A DNA stretch of 64,000 nucleotides, taken from Candidatus Poribacteria bacterium (GTDB lineage: Bacteria > Poribacteria > WGA-4E > PCPOR2b). The stretch's first letter is position 1. Every line of letters begins with the position of its first letter. Where the stretch lies: NCBI GenBank assembly GCA_965215015.1, contig OZ244042.1, forward strand, positions 4,384,001 through 4,448,000, written 5' to 3'. Shown in pieces: positions 20,433 to 30,713 of this stretch. The notes under the pieces were generated by a model. That model was not told the origin of the DNA. It did no database searches and saw nothing but the letters and a program-made list of their open reading frames with translations. A program made the translations under genes and the position numbers.

Positions 20433-21737
20433 TTATAAATCTTTAGCCACCGCTGCAACGGCTGCTATGGTTTTATCAATCACCGCATCGTCGTGGGCGG
20501 TGGAGAGAAACCAAGCCCCGCGTTCGAGTGCCCGGACGCCGTGAGAGAGTAAAGCCGTCGTAAAATTAACATAACGTGCCTTGTCTGCCCCTAAGGAATC
20601 ACGGTAGTTAGAAAATGGTAAATTGGTGCCCAAAGCGACGTGGAAGATTTGCGGGAAACCTTGTACCTGTGCCTCGACATTGGCATCGGCTAGGGCACCC
20701 TTGATGCCGGTCATCAGTTTCTTGCCCTGTTCTTCTAAGAGGTTGAAGGTTTCGGGTTTATTCAGTTCGTTCAGTGTTGCAACAACAGCTGCCATCGCTG
20801 CCGGTAACGCGTTGTAGCTGCCACCGTGCAAGACCCCACCGGTTGCCATTTGTCCCATTAGATCTCCCCGGCCTGCCAACGCTGAGACTGGAAAGCCGTT
20901 GGCGATAGCTTTGCCAAACGTCGCGAGGTCGGGGATAACACCTAAACGCTGCTGTGCTCCACCGGGAGCCAGCCGGAATCCGGTGATGATTTCATCGAAG
21001 ATGAGGAGGGTTCCTGTTTCACTGCAAACATCGCGCACCCCTTCCAGATAACCTTGCGTCGGGGCGATTGCGCTGGTGTTGCACATCGCCGGTTCCATAA
21101 TCACTGCTGCCACATCGCCACGCCTCAAACGCGCCTCTAGTAAAGCCAGATTATTCCAAGGAAGCACTTCAGTGTGTTGACCGGCGGGTAAGTCCTGTCC
21201 GGCACTCGCAGGAATAGGGGTCGGTGAGGTCTCGGGACCGAACTGATCCGGTGTGGGGGCGATGCTCCAGAGTACATTGTCGAGCCAGCCGTGGTAGTGC
21301 CCCTCGAACTTGACGATGATGGAACGTCCCGTGGCAGCACGAGCCACCCGTAGGGCTGCCTGAACCACTTCGCTTCCCGCACAGTTGAACCGCACCATCT
21401 CCGCACACGGCACAATTTCACAGAACAGCTGCGCCGCTTCAAACTCGATTTCGCTCTGACCGGCATACAGAATCCCGTATTTGAGCTGCTCCGCCACCGC
21501 TTTGAGCACCGGTTCAGGATTATGGCCCAGAATCATGGGGCCCATCCCCAGATAGTAATCGATCAGCTGATTGTCATCGATATCGTAGAGGTAAGGTCCC
21601 TCTGCCCGTTCAAAGATAAGCGGTGTCGGGGAAATTCCCATCCGAAAGTTGCTGTTGACCCCGCCGGGTAGATATGCCGTAAAGTTAGCAAGACGCTTCT
21701 TAGATTGATTAAATTTTTTCATGCTTGAATTCTTCAA
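20433..21737 (-). CDS. Class III aminotransferase (glutamate-1-semialdehyde aminomutase-like)
   Basis: LPGGVNS, GPMILGH, FEGHYHG, FDEIITGFR, ATFGKAIANG (PLP Lys). Confidence 0.88.
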   Translation of the reverse strand: MKNSSMKKFNQSKKRLANFTAYLPGGVNSNFRMGISPTPLIFERAEGPYLYDIDDNQLIDYYLGMGPMILGHNPEPVLKAVAEQLKYGILYAGQSEIEFEAAQLFCEIVPCAEMVRFNCAGSEVVQAALRVARAATGRSIIVKFEGHYHGWLDNVLWSIAPTPDQFGPETSPTPIPASAGQDLPAGQHTEVLPWNNLALLEARLRRGDVAAVIMEPAMCNTSAIAPTQGYLEGVRDVCSETGTLLIFDEIITGFRLAPGGAQQRLGVIPDLATFGKAIANGFPVSALAGRGDLMGQMATGGVLHGGSYNALPAAMAAVVATLNELNKPETFNLLEEQGKKLMTGIKGALADANVEAQVQGFPQIFHVALGTNLPFSNYRDSLGADKARYVNFTTALLSHGVRALERGAWFLSTAHDDAVIDKTIAAVAAVAKDL

Positions 21738-22642
21738 CGGGTGAGGGCGTATGTCACAACGTTCATCCCCTGCTCAAATGCCCATCGCCGCTGTTCCTCG
21801 CCGCCCGGCTCGCACACCCTTCCCTCCCACGCGCAGTTGAGATCGCTTGGACAGAAGTAAACAATGACTCGGTCATCAATCATGATTGCTTCGTCGAAAT
21901 CCCCATAGGGGGTGACCAGCTTGTCACCCCCGAGATATTCATTGTGATCGTAGAGGGTGTGATAGATTGGGTGGGTTATATCAAGCCGTTCAAATTTTTT
22001 GTCTGGAAAAACCTGTTGCATCAGATGATACACCGCAGGGCGCATCCGGTTGATACGGATATCACAATCTTCAACATGAAGGAAACCGCCACGCTCCAGA
22101 TATTCGCGTAATTTTCGGATATTACCCTCGGAAAAACGGACGCCCAAGTGCCCCGTCATAAAAATAAAAGGATAGCTGCAGATGTGATTGATGTCATCCT
22201 CTTCGATTGAAACGTATTGTGGATTCTCGTGGAGCTCAACGTCAATTGAGGTATATTTCGCTAGCACCTCTGTAAACTTTGTATCCGAGGGCCAACGGTA
22301 GTAGTTCACTGCGTTTGTGAACCAATCTCCACCCGGATATTTGAGTCGGACAAAGACAAATTTTTCACTGATTGAACCCGGCGATGGGTGGTGATGCTCG
22401 ATCCAGCCAAAGTGATGTCCATAGTGTGCGTCTCGTGAGGCATCGTATGGAATGTATTCTCTAAAAGGAGCGGCTTGACACCAACCGGCAAATTGATCCA
22501 CGGTGAGGACTGACGCTGCAATTCCGGCCGTCCCCTTGAGGAACGCTCGGCGTGACAAATGTGGACTGACTGCCCCGTTCTCCCAAAGATGGATTGGCTT
22601 GCCTTTAAATATAGTTCTTTTCTCCTTTTTTCTAGCTTCCAT
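21734..22642 (-). CDS. DUF4159-domain protein with Tat-like signal
   Basis: SRRAFLK twin-arginine; RLKYPGGDW, YPFIFMTGH, LREYLERGGFL, GMNVVTYAL. Confidence 0.8.
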   Translation of the reverse strand: MEARKKEKRTIFKGKPIHLWENGAVSPHLSRRAFLKGTAGIAASVLTVDQFAGWCQAAPFREYIPYDASRDAHYGHHFGWIEHHHPSPGSISEKFVFVRLKYPGGDWFTNAVNYYRWPSDTKFTEVLAKYTSIDVELHENPQYVSIEEDDINHICSYPFIFMTGHLGVRFSEGNIRKLREYLERGGFLHVEDCDIRINRMRPAVYHLMQQVFPDKKFERLDITHPIYHTLYDHNEYLGGDKLVTPYGDFDEAIMIDDRVIVYFCPSDLNCAWEGRVCEPGGEEQRRWAFEQGMNVVTYALTR

Positions 22643-22676
22643 AGATATATCCTTCCAAATTGAGGGTGATTATACC

Positions 22677-23618
22677 TCAACACCAGCGATTTTTATCTAC
22701 TACATTCCGCAGTGGTTTGCCGGCGACAAATCGTCGAAGATTTGCCGTTACGACTTCGATACGTCGTTCTGCCGTATAAGGTCCCGATCCCGCAGTATGC
22801 GGCGTGATGATGACATTCTCCATGCCCCAGAGCGGATGGTCGGTGGGGAGTGGCTCCGTTTCAAACACATCGAGCCCAGCACCGGCGATTTCACCCGCCT
22901 GGAGTGCATCTGTCAAAGCCGCAAGGTCCACGACAACGCCCCGCGATATATTGATGAGATACCCTGTTTTTTTCATCCGTTTGAACTGATCGGTGTTGAT
23001 TAGCTTAAAGGTTTCAGGAGTATGGGGTACACAACTGACGACGAAATCGGATTCGGCTAAGAGGTCGTCCAACCGATCTATTCCCCATAACGTATCCACG
23101 AAATCAGGTTTTTCGATCTCCACTGCGTTGCTTGTGATGACACGCATCTCTGCTGCTGCGCCACGCTTTGCTACTGCTGTCCCAATACCACCGAGCCCAA
23201 TGACCCCAAGCGTTTGATCTGCGAGATGGAGGACGGGAACTTCCTTTGCCCAATTTCGCTCAAGTTGCCGACGCAGAAAGATATGAAAGCCGCGGGCAAA
23301 CATCAGGATATATCCCATCACATGGTCTGCGATGTTGTCACTGTAGATGCCTTGCATGTTGGACAATGTCAGGTCACTCTCTGCCAGCGCGGGAAACATA
23401 TAGTGTTCGAGGCCCGCCATCGGGGTCTGGATCCAACGCAGTTTTTTCGCCCGCGCTAACAGCTCCGGGGTGATTCGACCATACATGGCGTCGACTTCGC
23501 CAATGATTTCAAGGGCTTGTGCTTCGTTTTCAACATTCTGCACTTCAACTTCGCTTGAAACGGATTGAATCACTCGTAGTTCGTCTTCACCAATCGCAGG
23601 ATAAATTAGGAATTTCAT
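22677..23618 (-). CDS. D-2-hydroxyacid dehydrogenase
   Basis: GLGGIG, INISRG, GAGLDVFETEPL, ITPHTAG. Confidence 0.92.
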   Translation of the reverse strand: MKFLIYPAIGEDELRVIQSVSSEVEVQNVENEAQALEIIGEVDAMYGRITPELLARAKKLRWIQTPMAGLEHYMFPALAESDLTLSNMQGIYSDNIADHVMGYILMFARGFHIFLRRQLERNWAKEVPVLHLADQTLGVIGLGGIGTAVAKRGAAAEMRVITSNAVEIEKPDFVDTLWGIDRLDDLLAESDFVVSCVPHTPETFKLINTDQFKRMKKTGYLINISRGVVVDLAALTDALQAGEIAGAGLDVFETEPLPTDHPLWGMENVIITPHTAGSGPYTAERRIEVVTANLRRFVAGKPLRNVVDKNRWC

Positions 23619-23897
23619 CGAATACCACCGTATTGTGTTTGCTTAAATTATGGAAGAATTTATATTGATAGTACCCTAATAATAGTATAGCATTTCACCA
23701 CTACTCTGTAAAGGGAAAGGGAGAATTTTCTCATTGCTACTGCTTGATCCATGCTTTGATTTTTTGCTTGATCTTCGTTTTTCTATCACTTATAATCTTC
23801 TTATGGTTGTAGGATATGGGAACACTTTCAGCGAAAACCTGCATCAGGGGTTGACTCCATTGGATTAAACCACAAAACATACAGGGATAGAAGTTTG

Positions 23898-24713
23898 ATG
23901 AAACGTTCCACCCATTTTGTCTCTATAAATGCTCTAGCGCGCAAAATTTTGAAGTTTCAGTTATGGGTTTATGCAATTTTGTTGATTGGTAGCTTGTTTG
24001 GCTGTGCAAAGCCTCCTATACACCTTACCCCTGTCCTTAATCGACCGAATATGGATAGGATCTATTTTGAAGGGAGGAAACTTGCTCTCTCTTTTGGCGA
24101 AAAAAGTTCGGTAGCCGTTTCGGGAACCATTGATGGGGATGAATTGCTATTATTGATACTATGTAAAAGTTTCACAGAAAGAATTGATGTAATTCCAGAA
24201 GACATTAGTGTTTTGGGTTATTATAAAAATACCGGCCCGCAGGATCTGAGTAGTCTGTCAAAGTTTCTAGATTATAACGGGACCAACACTGTGTACTTAA
24301 AAGTTTATCCACCTGGTCAGTATATGGCGGAAAGGCGCAATGCCCAGAAATGGAGCTTGGCGTTGCAAGCACTTTCAGGGGCATTAGACGCTCAACGTGC
24401 AGGCAAATCGACTTCAACGACTTATGGAAGTTATGACGGGAAGTCTTTTTATGAAAAAACCGCAACCGAAGATCGGGAGGCGGTTGATAGGGCACTAGCA
24501 AAGCATAAAGAAAAATTGCGGCAGACTGCCGAAAGCTATGCTCGAAGCAACGCTGCAACAGAGTCAGGATTGCTTCGAGCGAATACAATATTCCGCAACC
24601 AAGCCGTGGGCGGAATAGTAGTTGTTAAACTGTATAGTCGGATTTACCACAAGATCGTGGTCACAGTGCCTTGGGTGAGGAAAGAACCCCATCAGATAAC
24701 CTTAACTCGATGA
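23898..24713 (+). CDS. Hypothetical lipoprotein
   Basis: Hydrophobic stretch ending in lipobox LFGC; AT-rich; no recognised domain. Confidence 0.6.
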   Translation: MKRSTHFVSINALARKILKFQLWVYAILLIGSLFGCAKPPIHLTPVLNRPNMDRIYFEGRKLALSFGEKSSVAVSGTIDGDELLLLILCKSFTERIDVIPEDISVLGYYKNTGPQDLSSLSKFLDYNGTNTVYLKVYPPGQYMAERRNAQKWSLALQALSGALDAQRAGKSTSTTYGSYDGKSFYEKTATEDREAVDRALAKHKEKLRQTAESYARSNAATESGLLRANTIFRNQAVGGIVVVKLYSRIYHKIVVTVPWVRKEPHQITLTR

Positions 24714-24812
24714 GTTGTTCTGTCCCAGGCTAGACCTCAAAAGGTTTCGTCATTCCAGAATAAAGAGAGCTAATACCAAAATCTGTAATTCTCGACACAC
24801 ACGGAGGTGGCT

Positions 24813-25808
24813 ATGCCAGCAAATCTCCCTCCCGAATACTACAAACTAAAGCACGAACTCGAAGCGGCAAGGACTGATGAGGAGCAACTCCAACTGTTAG
24901 AGGAGATGACGCGAATCACGCCGAAGCATAAGGGGACCGAAAAAGTTCGCGCAGATCTCCGGTCTCGGATTTCAAAGTTGAGGAAATCCGCTGGGAAGAA
25001 ACAGTCGAAGAAAGGACACAGTTATCATGTTCCCAAACAGGGAGCGGGTCAACTTGTGCTAATTGGAACTCCTAACGTCGGCAAGTCGCAGATTATTGCT
25101 AGCTTTACGAAAGCAAAGCCAGTTGTCTCTCCAACGCCATATACGACCCAAGAGCCTAGCGTCGGGATGTTGGCTTATGAAAATATTCAATTCCAATTGG
25201 TTGACACACCGCCAATCACTCAGGATTTTGTGCATCCGTGGGTATTTGACCTTGTAAGAAATGCTGATCTCGTTCTACTTGTCGTCAGTCTTGCCAGCGA
25301 TGAAATTCTGGATCAGGTTGAAATCGTTCAATCAAAATTGACTGAGGCAAAAATTCAGATTGCGGGAATCGAGGAGCTGCCGGACGAAGCGGAGGAAGAG
25401 TTCAGCGCGAATTTCACGAAAACGACCCTACTCATTGCCAACCAAGTGGATGAAGGTGGTGCCGCGGATCGGTTAGAGATATTGCAGGAATTTTACGCTG
25501 AACATTTCCAAATTTATCCGCTTTCTGCCATTACCGGCGAAGGGCTTGATCAGTTGCAAGAAGTGGCCTATAAACAGCTCGGTATCTCCCGCGTTTACAC
25601 GAAATCTCCAGCCAAGCCTGTTGATTACGACGATCCAATCGTACTTCCGAACGGTAGCAAGGTGATCGAAGCAGCGATGGCATTGCATAAAGAGTTCGCT
25701 CAAGATTTCAAGTCCGCACGGATTTGGGGGGCTAACTGGTATGACGGGCAGACCGTCAGTCGTGATGATGTGGTTCACGATGGGGATGTACTGGAGTTTC
25801 ATGTGTGA
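24813..25808 (+). CDS. DRG/OBG-family GTPase with C-terminal TGS domain
   Basis: MPANLPPEY, PKHKGTEK, G1 GTPNVGKS, YTT, DTP, TGS (ARIWG...HDGDVLEFH); GGAGG RBS. Confidence 0.88.
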   Translation: MPANLPPEYYKLKHELEAARTDEEQLQLLEEMTRITPKHKGTEKVRADLRSRISKLRKSAGKKQSKKGHSYHVPKQGAGQLVLIGTPNVGKSQIIASFTKAKPVVSPTPYTTQEPSVGMLAYENIQFQLVDTPPITQDFVHPWVFDLVRNADLVLLVVSLASDEILDQVEIVQSKLTEAKIQIAGIEELPDEAEEEFSANFTKTTLLIANQVDEGGAADRLEILQEFYAEHFQIYPLSAITGEGLDQLQEVAYKQLGISRVYTKSPAKPVDYDDPIVLPNGSKVIEAAMALHKEFAQDFKSARIWGANWYDGQTVSRDDVVHDGDVLEFHV

Positions 25809-25876
25809 TTGAGTCGCCTTAAAAACTTACTTGCTTTACGAGTATGAATAATTACTTAACATATGATGGGCAATTA

Positions 25877-25885
25877 TGATATAAT
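25877..25885 (+). promoter_or_regulatory. Extended -10 promoter (TGnTATAAT) for the two-gene cassette
   Basis: tgatataat about 35 bp upstream of the GTG start, which has an AGGAGG RBS. Confidence 0.45.
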
Positions 25886-25918
25886 ATTTAGGCTACTAAC
25901 CTAGTAGGAGGAAACTTT

Positions 25919-26302
25919 GTGCAGTGGTCTGATTACTTTCCAGCTGACTGTCCGCCTCAAGACGCGCAGCCAGCAACAGGTGAAGTTTATCGTTTAGTCA
26001 AGAAGAATCCACCAGAATCAGGGGATTTTATACCCTTCCGCGAAAAGGACCCTACTGCCAATGTTCGTGACGAATGTCAAGCTTGTGGTCTTTCAGTTGT
26101 TAGAGATGCTGAAGATACTCTACGGATAAAGAGAAGAGCTCGTGGAATGAAAAAACGGCTCGTAGCAAAAGGAACGCTGAGCCCTTGTTTTGGTAGAATC
26201 AAACATACACCTAGTAGCGTTTCTGGAAGATCACATCATACGTGGTGGGTTCCGACTGAAGTGCAGCCTTGGCGTGTTTTCCGTGTTGTTCAAATTCCAT
26301 AG
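25919..26302 (+). CDS. Small ADP-ribosyltransferase-fold (Tse2-like) putative toxin
   Basis: VYRLV ... CGLSV ... HHTWW give R-S-H spacing typical of Tse2-like ART folds; strong RBS. Confidence 0.55.
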   Translation: MQWSDYFPADCPPQDAQPATGEVYRLVKKNPPESGDFIPFREKDPTANVRDECQACGLSVVRDAEDTLRIKRRARGMKKRLVAKGTLSPCFGRIKHTPSSVSGRSHHTWWVPTEVQPWRVFRVVQIP

Positions 26303-26310
26303 GAGGGTTG

Positions 26311-26946
26311 ATGATGGGCTATCTTCCACAATTAACACACTTAGGTAGGCTTGAGTTAATCGAGGTATATGAGTTTTATGATCAACCAATTCTTTTCTCT
26401 TGTAGAAATGCTTCGGATGCTATATTTATGGGGGTTTTTGCAGATGAAGATGATAATTGTGAGACCTGGCTTTATATTGGGATATCCCCCCGTCGTTTTA
26501 AGCGAATTCGTTCTGGCGCGATTGACCTGCACGATGCTTTTTCTGAAGTTGAAGATGGCATAATTTTTCAGATTAAAGTGTCTCATGATGAACAGGGGCC
26601 AGTATCAATGCCTATCCCTGCAACCCAAATCCCGGACGATATGTTGCCCTTACCCGGTGAATTCATAAATCTTGACACACCGACTTTACCTGAATTGGAT
26701 GAAGATTTAAAACGGAATGTTGAGGGAACATTAATAGGTGTATTTACCGATACTAAGGCATTTGGAATTCAAGCCCAAGACGGGACTATATATAAGGGCA
26801 AGATATTGGAGGAGGCATTTAATATCGCGAGTAACGCTACTATTGGTGAAAGATACATTGCTACTATCCGAGAGGCTACTTCTATTCAACAGGTAACAGA
26901 TGAAATGAAAACAGATTATTATTTAGTAAAATTAGAGCCAGTCTGA
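26311..26946 (+). CDS. DUF6575-like protein with beta-rich C-terminal domain
   Basis: EVYEFYDQPILFSCRN..WLY..S..R...IRSG.IDL.DAF pattern; AGGAGG RBS overlapping the upstream stop. Confidence 0.6.
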   Translation: MMGYLPQLTHLGRLELIEVYEFYDQPILFSCRNASDAIFMGVFADEDDNCETWLYIGISPRRFKRIRSGAIDLHDAFSEVEDGIIFQIKVSHDEQGPVSMPIPATQIPDDMLPLPGEFINLDTPTLPELDEDLKRNVEGTLIGVFTDTKAFGIQAQDGTIYKGKILEEAFNIASNATIGERYIATIREATSIQQVTDEMKTDYYLVKLEPV

Positions 26947-26998
26947 TAAATACATCTTTCTTAAAATTCTGTTTTGACATCCAAACCTATAGCACACC

Positions 26999-28090
26999 TT
27001 GAATTCCAAAGAAATTACACTATTCCAAGAAAACCTGCTCGTGTGGTTCGAGACCCATCGCCGCAACCTTCCTTGGCGCGACACCGAAGATCCCTACCGC
27101 ATTTGGGTTTCGGAGGTGATGCTCCAGCAAACACAGGTCAAGAAGGTGTTGGAGTATTATCAGAAGTTTGTGAGCAAGTTTCCCGATGTGCAGAGTCTAG
27201 CGGAGGCTGCGCTCCAGGATTTGTTAAAAACTTGGGAAGGATTGGGATACTATGCCAGAGCGCGGAATCTCCACAAAGCCGCCCAGGTTGTCGTCAGGGA
27301 TTTGGAGAGTGAGATACCTGCGGATTATGCTACGTTCCGAAAGCTGCCCGGTGTAGGGGAGTACATTGCTGCCGCGGTGCAGAGCATTGCGTTTAACCGT
27401 CCCCATGCTGCCGTAGATGGCAACGTTAAACGGGTGCTCGCGCGACTGTTTCTTATCAATGCACCGATCAACCAATCCGCTTCAGCAAAGATTTTTCAAG
27501 AGAAGGCGGATCTGTTGCTAGACCACATCGCGCCGGGGATTTTTAATCAGGCGATGATGGAGTTGGGAGCAACCGTTTGTCGTCCGCAATCACCGACCTG
27601 TATCCTTTGTCCGGTGAATACGGTTTGTCGTGCGTTTCAGACCGCTCGCCAAGAAGGATTTCCGGTCAGACGAAAACCGAAACCCCTTTCAGAGTACCAT
27701 ATCGTCGCAGGGGTCATCCACAAAGGCGACCAAGTTTTAATCACCCAACGTAAACCGGACGGCTTACTTGGTGGATTGTGGGAATTCCCCGGTGGAGAGA
27801 TTCACGCGAAAGAAACTGCCGAACAAGCTTGTAGCCGGGTAATTCGAGAAGAAACGAACCTTCTCGTTGAACCGGTCGAATACCTGATCCGCGTCAAACA
27901 TGCTTACACGCACTTTAAGATTACGATGGACGTTTTTCATTGTCATTATCGATCCGGCGAGGTTGTCTTGAACGATGCGGTGGATTATTGTTGGATTACC
28001 GTTGGTCAGATTGATCAGTTTCCATTTCCACGTTCTAACCATAAGTTTATTCCCCTGTTGACTCAGGGCAAGGAGGAGAGTAATGAGTAA
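26999..28090 (+). CDS. mutY: A/G-specific adenine glycosylase with NUDIX-like C-terminus
   Basis: WVSEVMLQQTQV, GLGYYARARNL, HhH LPGVGEY, VDGNV, 4Fe-4S C-x6-C-x2-C-x5-C, GLWEFPGG. Confidence 0.95.
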   Translation: MNSKEITLFQENLLVWFETHRRNLPWRDTEDPYRIWVSEVMLQQTQVKKVLEYYQKFVSKFPDVQSLAEAALQDLLKTWEGLGYYARARNLHKAAQVVVRDLESEIPADYATFRKLPGVGEYIAAAVQSIAFNRPHAAVDGNVKRVLARLFLINAPINQSASAKIFQEKADLLLDHIAPGIFNQAMMELGATVCRPQSPTCILCPVNTVCRAFQTARQEGFPVRRKPKPLSEYHIVAGVIHKGDQVLITQRKPDGLLGGLWEFPGGEIHAKETAEQACSRVIREETNLLVEPVEYLIRVKHAYTHFKITMDVFHCHYRSGEVVLNDAVDYCWITVGQIDQFPFPRSNHKFIPLLTQGKEESNE

Positions 28091-29210
28091 CGATGGTCTT
28101 AAGGTTTACCAAGATTTAGGTGTCAAACCTGTTATCAATGCAATGGGCTTCATGACAGTGCTTGGCGGTTCCCGGCCTTCATCGGGGGTTCAGGCGGCGA
28201 TGAATCACGCGAGCCGCTACTTCGCTGATATGGAGGAACTCCTGAAGAAAACGGGGGCCATCATCGCCGAGCTGCTGGGGGGTGAAGCCGCTTTGGTGAC
28301 ACCCGGTTGTGCGGCAGCACTTGCCTTGAGTTCAGCAACGTGCATGGCTGGAGATGACCCTGATAAGATTCAGCAACTGCCGGATACGACTGGGATGAAG
28401 GATGAAATCATCATCCAAAAATCGCAGCGATACCATTATGACCGGTGTATAACCATTTTTGGTGCCAAGATGATCGAGGCGGGCGATGAGCACACCACCG
28501 CAGCGCAGGTGGAGGCTGCTATCACTGACAAAACTGCCGCGATCCACTACGTCGCCCCTGGAGGTGGTGTAGGTGTTGTGTCGCTAGAAGAGGTTATCAG
28601 TATTGCTCACGCGCATGATATTCCGGTAATCGTTGACGCGGCGAGTCAGGTTTATCCACTAGATCAGATGCGTCGCTATCCGGCATCGGGTGCAGACTTG
28701 ATTGGCTATGGTGCGAAATACTTCGGTGCGTGTAACTCGACGGGTGTGTTATGCGGTCGGAAAGATTTGATAGATGCTGCTTTCGTGCATAGCTTCATCG
28801 GTTATGAAACCCAAGACTCGCGCTCAGTTGGCAGACCCTTGAAACTTGACCGTCAGGAGATTGTCGCCGTTGTTGCTGCGTTACGCGAGTGGTTTTCCAT
28901 GGACCACGCCGCACGAATCGCTGAACATGGGTGGAAAGCACGCGCCATTCAGGATTCCCTCAGTGGTGTTCCTCATATCACCTGTGAACCGGTTTCGGAT
29001 GAGAGGACACTCGGTAATGGGCTTATAGTAAAATTGGACGAGAGTGCGTTGGGTAAAACTGCTAGCGAAGTTGCTGCTGCCTTGCTCGATGGCGATCCGA
29101 GCGTTTATTTGCATGGCGGTAACGGTTCGCTGCACATCGCTGTCCCGAATCTGGTCGAAGATGATGTACAGGTCCTCGCAGATCGAGTGAGAGAAGTGCT
29201 CACAGCTTAG
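28083..29210 (+). CDS. SelA-like/DgaE-family PLP-dependent enzyme
   Basis: LGVKPVINAMG..TVLGGS, VIVDAAS, GAKY, GRPLKLDRQEI. Confidence 0.8.
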   Translation: MSNDGLKVYQDLGVKPVINAMGFMTVLGGSRPSSGVQAAMNHASRYFADMEELLKKTGAIIAELLGGEAALVTPGCAAALALSSATCMAGDDPDKIQQLPDTTGMKDEIIIQKSQRYHYDRCITIFGAKMIEAGDEHTTAAQVEAAITDKTAAIHYVAPGGGVGVVSLEEVISIAHAHDIPVIVDAASQVYPLDQMRRYPASGADLIGYGAKYFGACNSTGVLCGRKDLIDAAFVHSFIGYETQDSRSVGRPLKLDRQEIVAVVAALREWFSMDHAARIAEHGWKARAIQDSLSGVPHITCEPVSDERTLGNGLIVKLDESALGKTASEVAAALLDGDPSVYLHGGNGSLHIAVPNLVEDDVQVLADRVREVLTA

Positions 29211-29269
29211 GAAAATCGGTTATTGTAGCAGCAGGGAACAACAATCGTTGTTTCCTCGTTGGAAAACTA

Positions 29270-29612
29270 GGGCGTGTTGATATTTTGCTGTCGCCAATCC
29301 TGCAAACGCTGTAAGCCGAATCTGTCAAATGTGAACGGGCTCAGCCTGTAGGTCGAGATTCATATCTCGACAAAACACTATAACGCAATGTTGTAGGTAT
29401 TGTCGATTTTGGAAAATCAACCGACGATAGGGCTCCCCCAAATACCCGGTGGGTTGTCCGTCAACTCTAGGCGCATTGAGCCTGTTTCCCCTCCGCTTGC
29501 GGGGGGTTAGGGGGCTGATACCGTGTGGGTCAGGATTAGAAGGGGGTGCCTGGCCAAAATACTGCCTTAAGTGCATTAATAGTGATTCAATTTGTCAAAT
29601 GTCAACAGAACC
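29270..29612. mobile_element. Remnant MITE(s), family B (TIR GGTTCTGTTGACATTT), CTAG-flanked
   Basis: ctag-ggcgtgttgatatttt at 29267; tgtcaaatgtgaacgggc at 29323; tttgtcaaatgtcaacagaacc-tag at 29591-29615; contains the ccgcttgcgggggg REP. Confidence 0.55.
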
Positions 29613-29679
29613 TAGGAACCTGTTCTTGCAATCCTTACAAGGGTTGTGGGCACTTTTGTTTTCTACAAGGAGATTATTT

Positions 29680-30624
29680 ATGCCACTATGGGAAAGGCAA
29701 ATCGAGGAATGGCTTACCGAGAAACCGCAAAGCACAGCGGCACCTGATTTTGAAGCGTTCTGGGAGGAAACACAATCGTTGGCTCAATCCCAACCGCTAA
29801 ATCCGGAGGCCGTCTCTGTGGATTACCCCTCAAAGAAGCTATCCGCCTATCAGGTCTCGTTCGATGCCTTTGATCGGGGTCGTATTCAGGCGTGGCTACT
29901 AGTACCTACTGCCTCTACCTCGGAGAAACTCCCCGCACTCCTCCGCTGGCACGACTACCTCGGTTTTCGTGGACGTATCTGCACACACCTGGCGTGGGCA
30001 CTTCAGGGATTCGTCGTGCTCGTGCCGGATATTCGGGGGCACGGGGATTCTTCCGACTTAACGCATTACTCGTGGGGCAACAACAAAGGCTACTTCCCTC
30101 AAGGCATCCAGGATCCGCACGAATACTATTTGCGCGGTTGCATCGCCGATGGGCTGCGAGCGGTTCAGTTTCTCAGTAGTCGTGAGGAAGTCGATGTAGA
30201 TCGGATTGGGATTATTGGAGACGGGTTAGGGGGGGTGGTTAGTTTATGGACCGCAGCATTTAACCCGCAGATCAACACAATTGCCCCAGTTGCCCCGTAT
30301 CCCTGCAATTGGGAGCGACATGTAGTCAGCGCAAGCAGTATTGCCGCGGCTGAAGTCAAGATTTACCTGACGCGCTATCCAGAACAGGAAGAGACGGTTT
30401 GGAATACGTTGAACTACTTTGACCCGGTCAATATCGCTCACCGTGTGAATTGCCCCTCGTTGTTCCCACTCGGTTTACAGGGCAACACCGCACCGCCTCA
30501 AGACTCGGTAGGTATCTACAACTTAGTCCGGGGTGAAAAGGAGCTAAAAGTACTGCCTTACGACGGGCATGGCGCGGGTATTGAAGAGTTGATTGGCTGG
30601 ATGCAAGAACGGTTAAAGCCGTAG
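29680..30624 (+). CDS. Acetylxylan esterase (CE7)-like protein lacking the catalytic Ser and Asp
   Basis: PDFEAFWEET, DIRGHG, TLNYFD; GDGLGG in place of GxSxGG. Confidence 0.8.
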   Translation: MPLWERQIEEWLTEKPQSTAAPDFEAFWEETQSLAQSQPLNPEAVSVDYPSKKLSAYQVSFDAFDRGRIQAWLLVPTASTSEKLPALLRWHDYLGFRGRICTHLAWALQGFVVLVPDIRGHGDSSDLTHYSWGNNKGYFPQGIQDPHEYYLRGCIADGLRAVQFLSSREEVDVDRIGIIGDGLGGVVSLWTAAFNPQINTIAPVAPYPCNWERHVVSASSIAAAEVKIYLTRYPEQEETVWNTLNYFDPVNIAHRVNCPSLFPLGLQGNTAPPQDSVGIYNLVRGEKELKVLPYDGHGAGIEELIGWMQERLKP

Positions 30625-30713
30625 CAAACCGTAAGGCGGTAGGGAGTAATAACCAATGAACTCAATATCTTTACCAACTTACATCAAAGGTTAATAGATA
30701 TTATTCCCTACCA

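Noticed and set aside
29449-29679. N-terminal extension of the CE7-like ORF
   Set aside because: It translates through MITE/REP DNA; the RBS-supported start is 29680.
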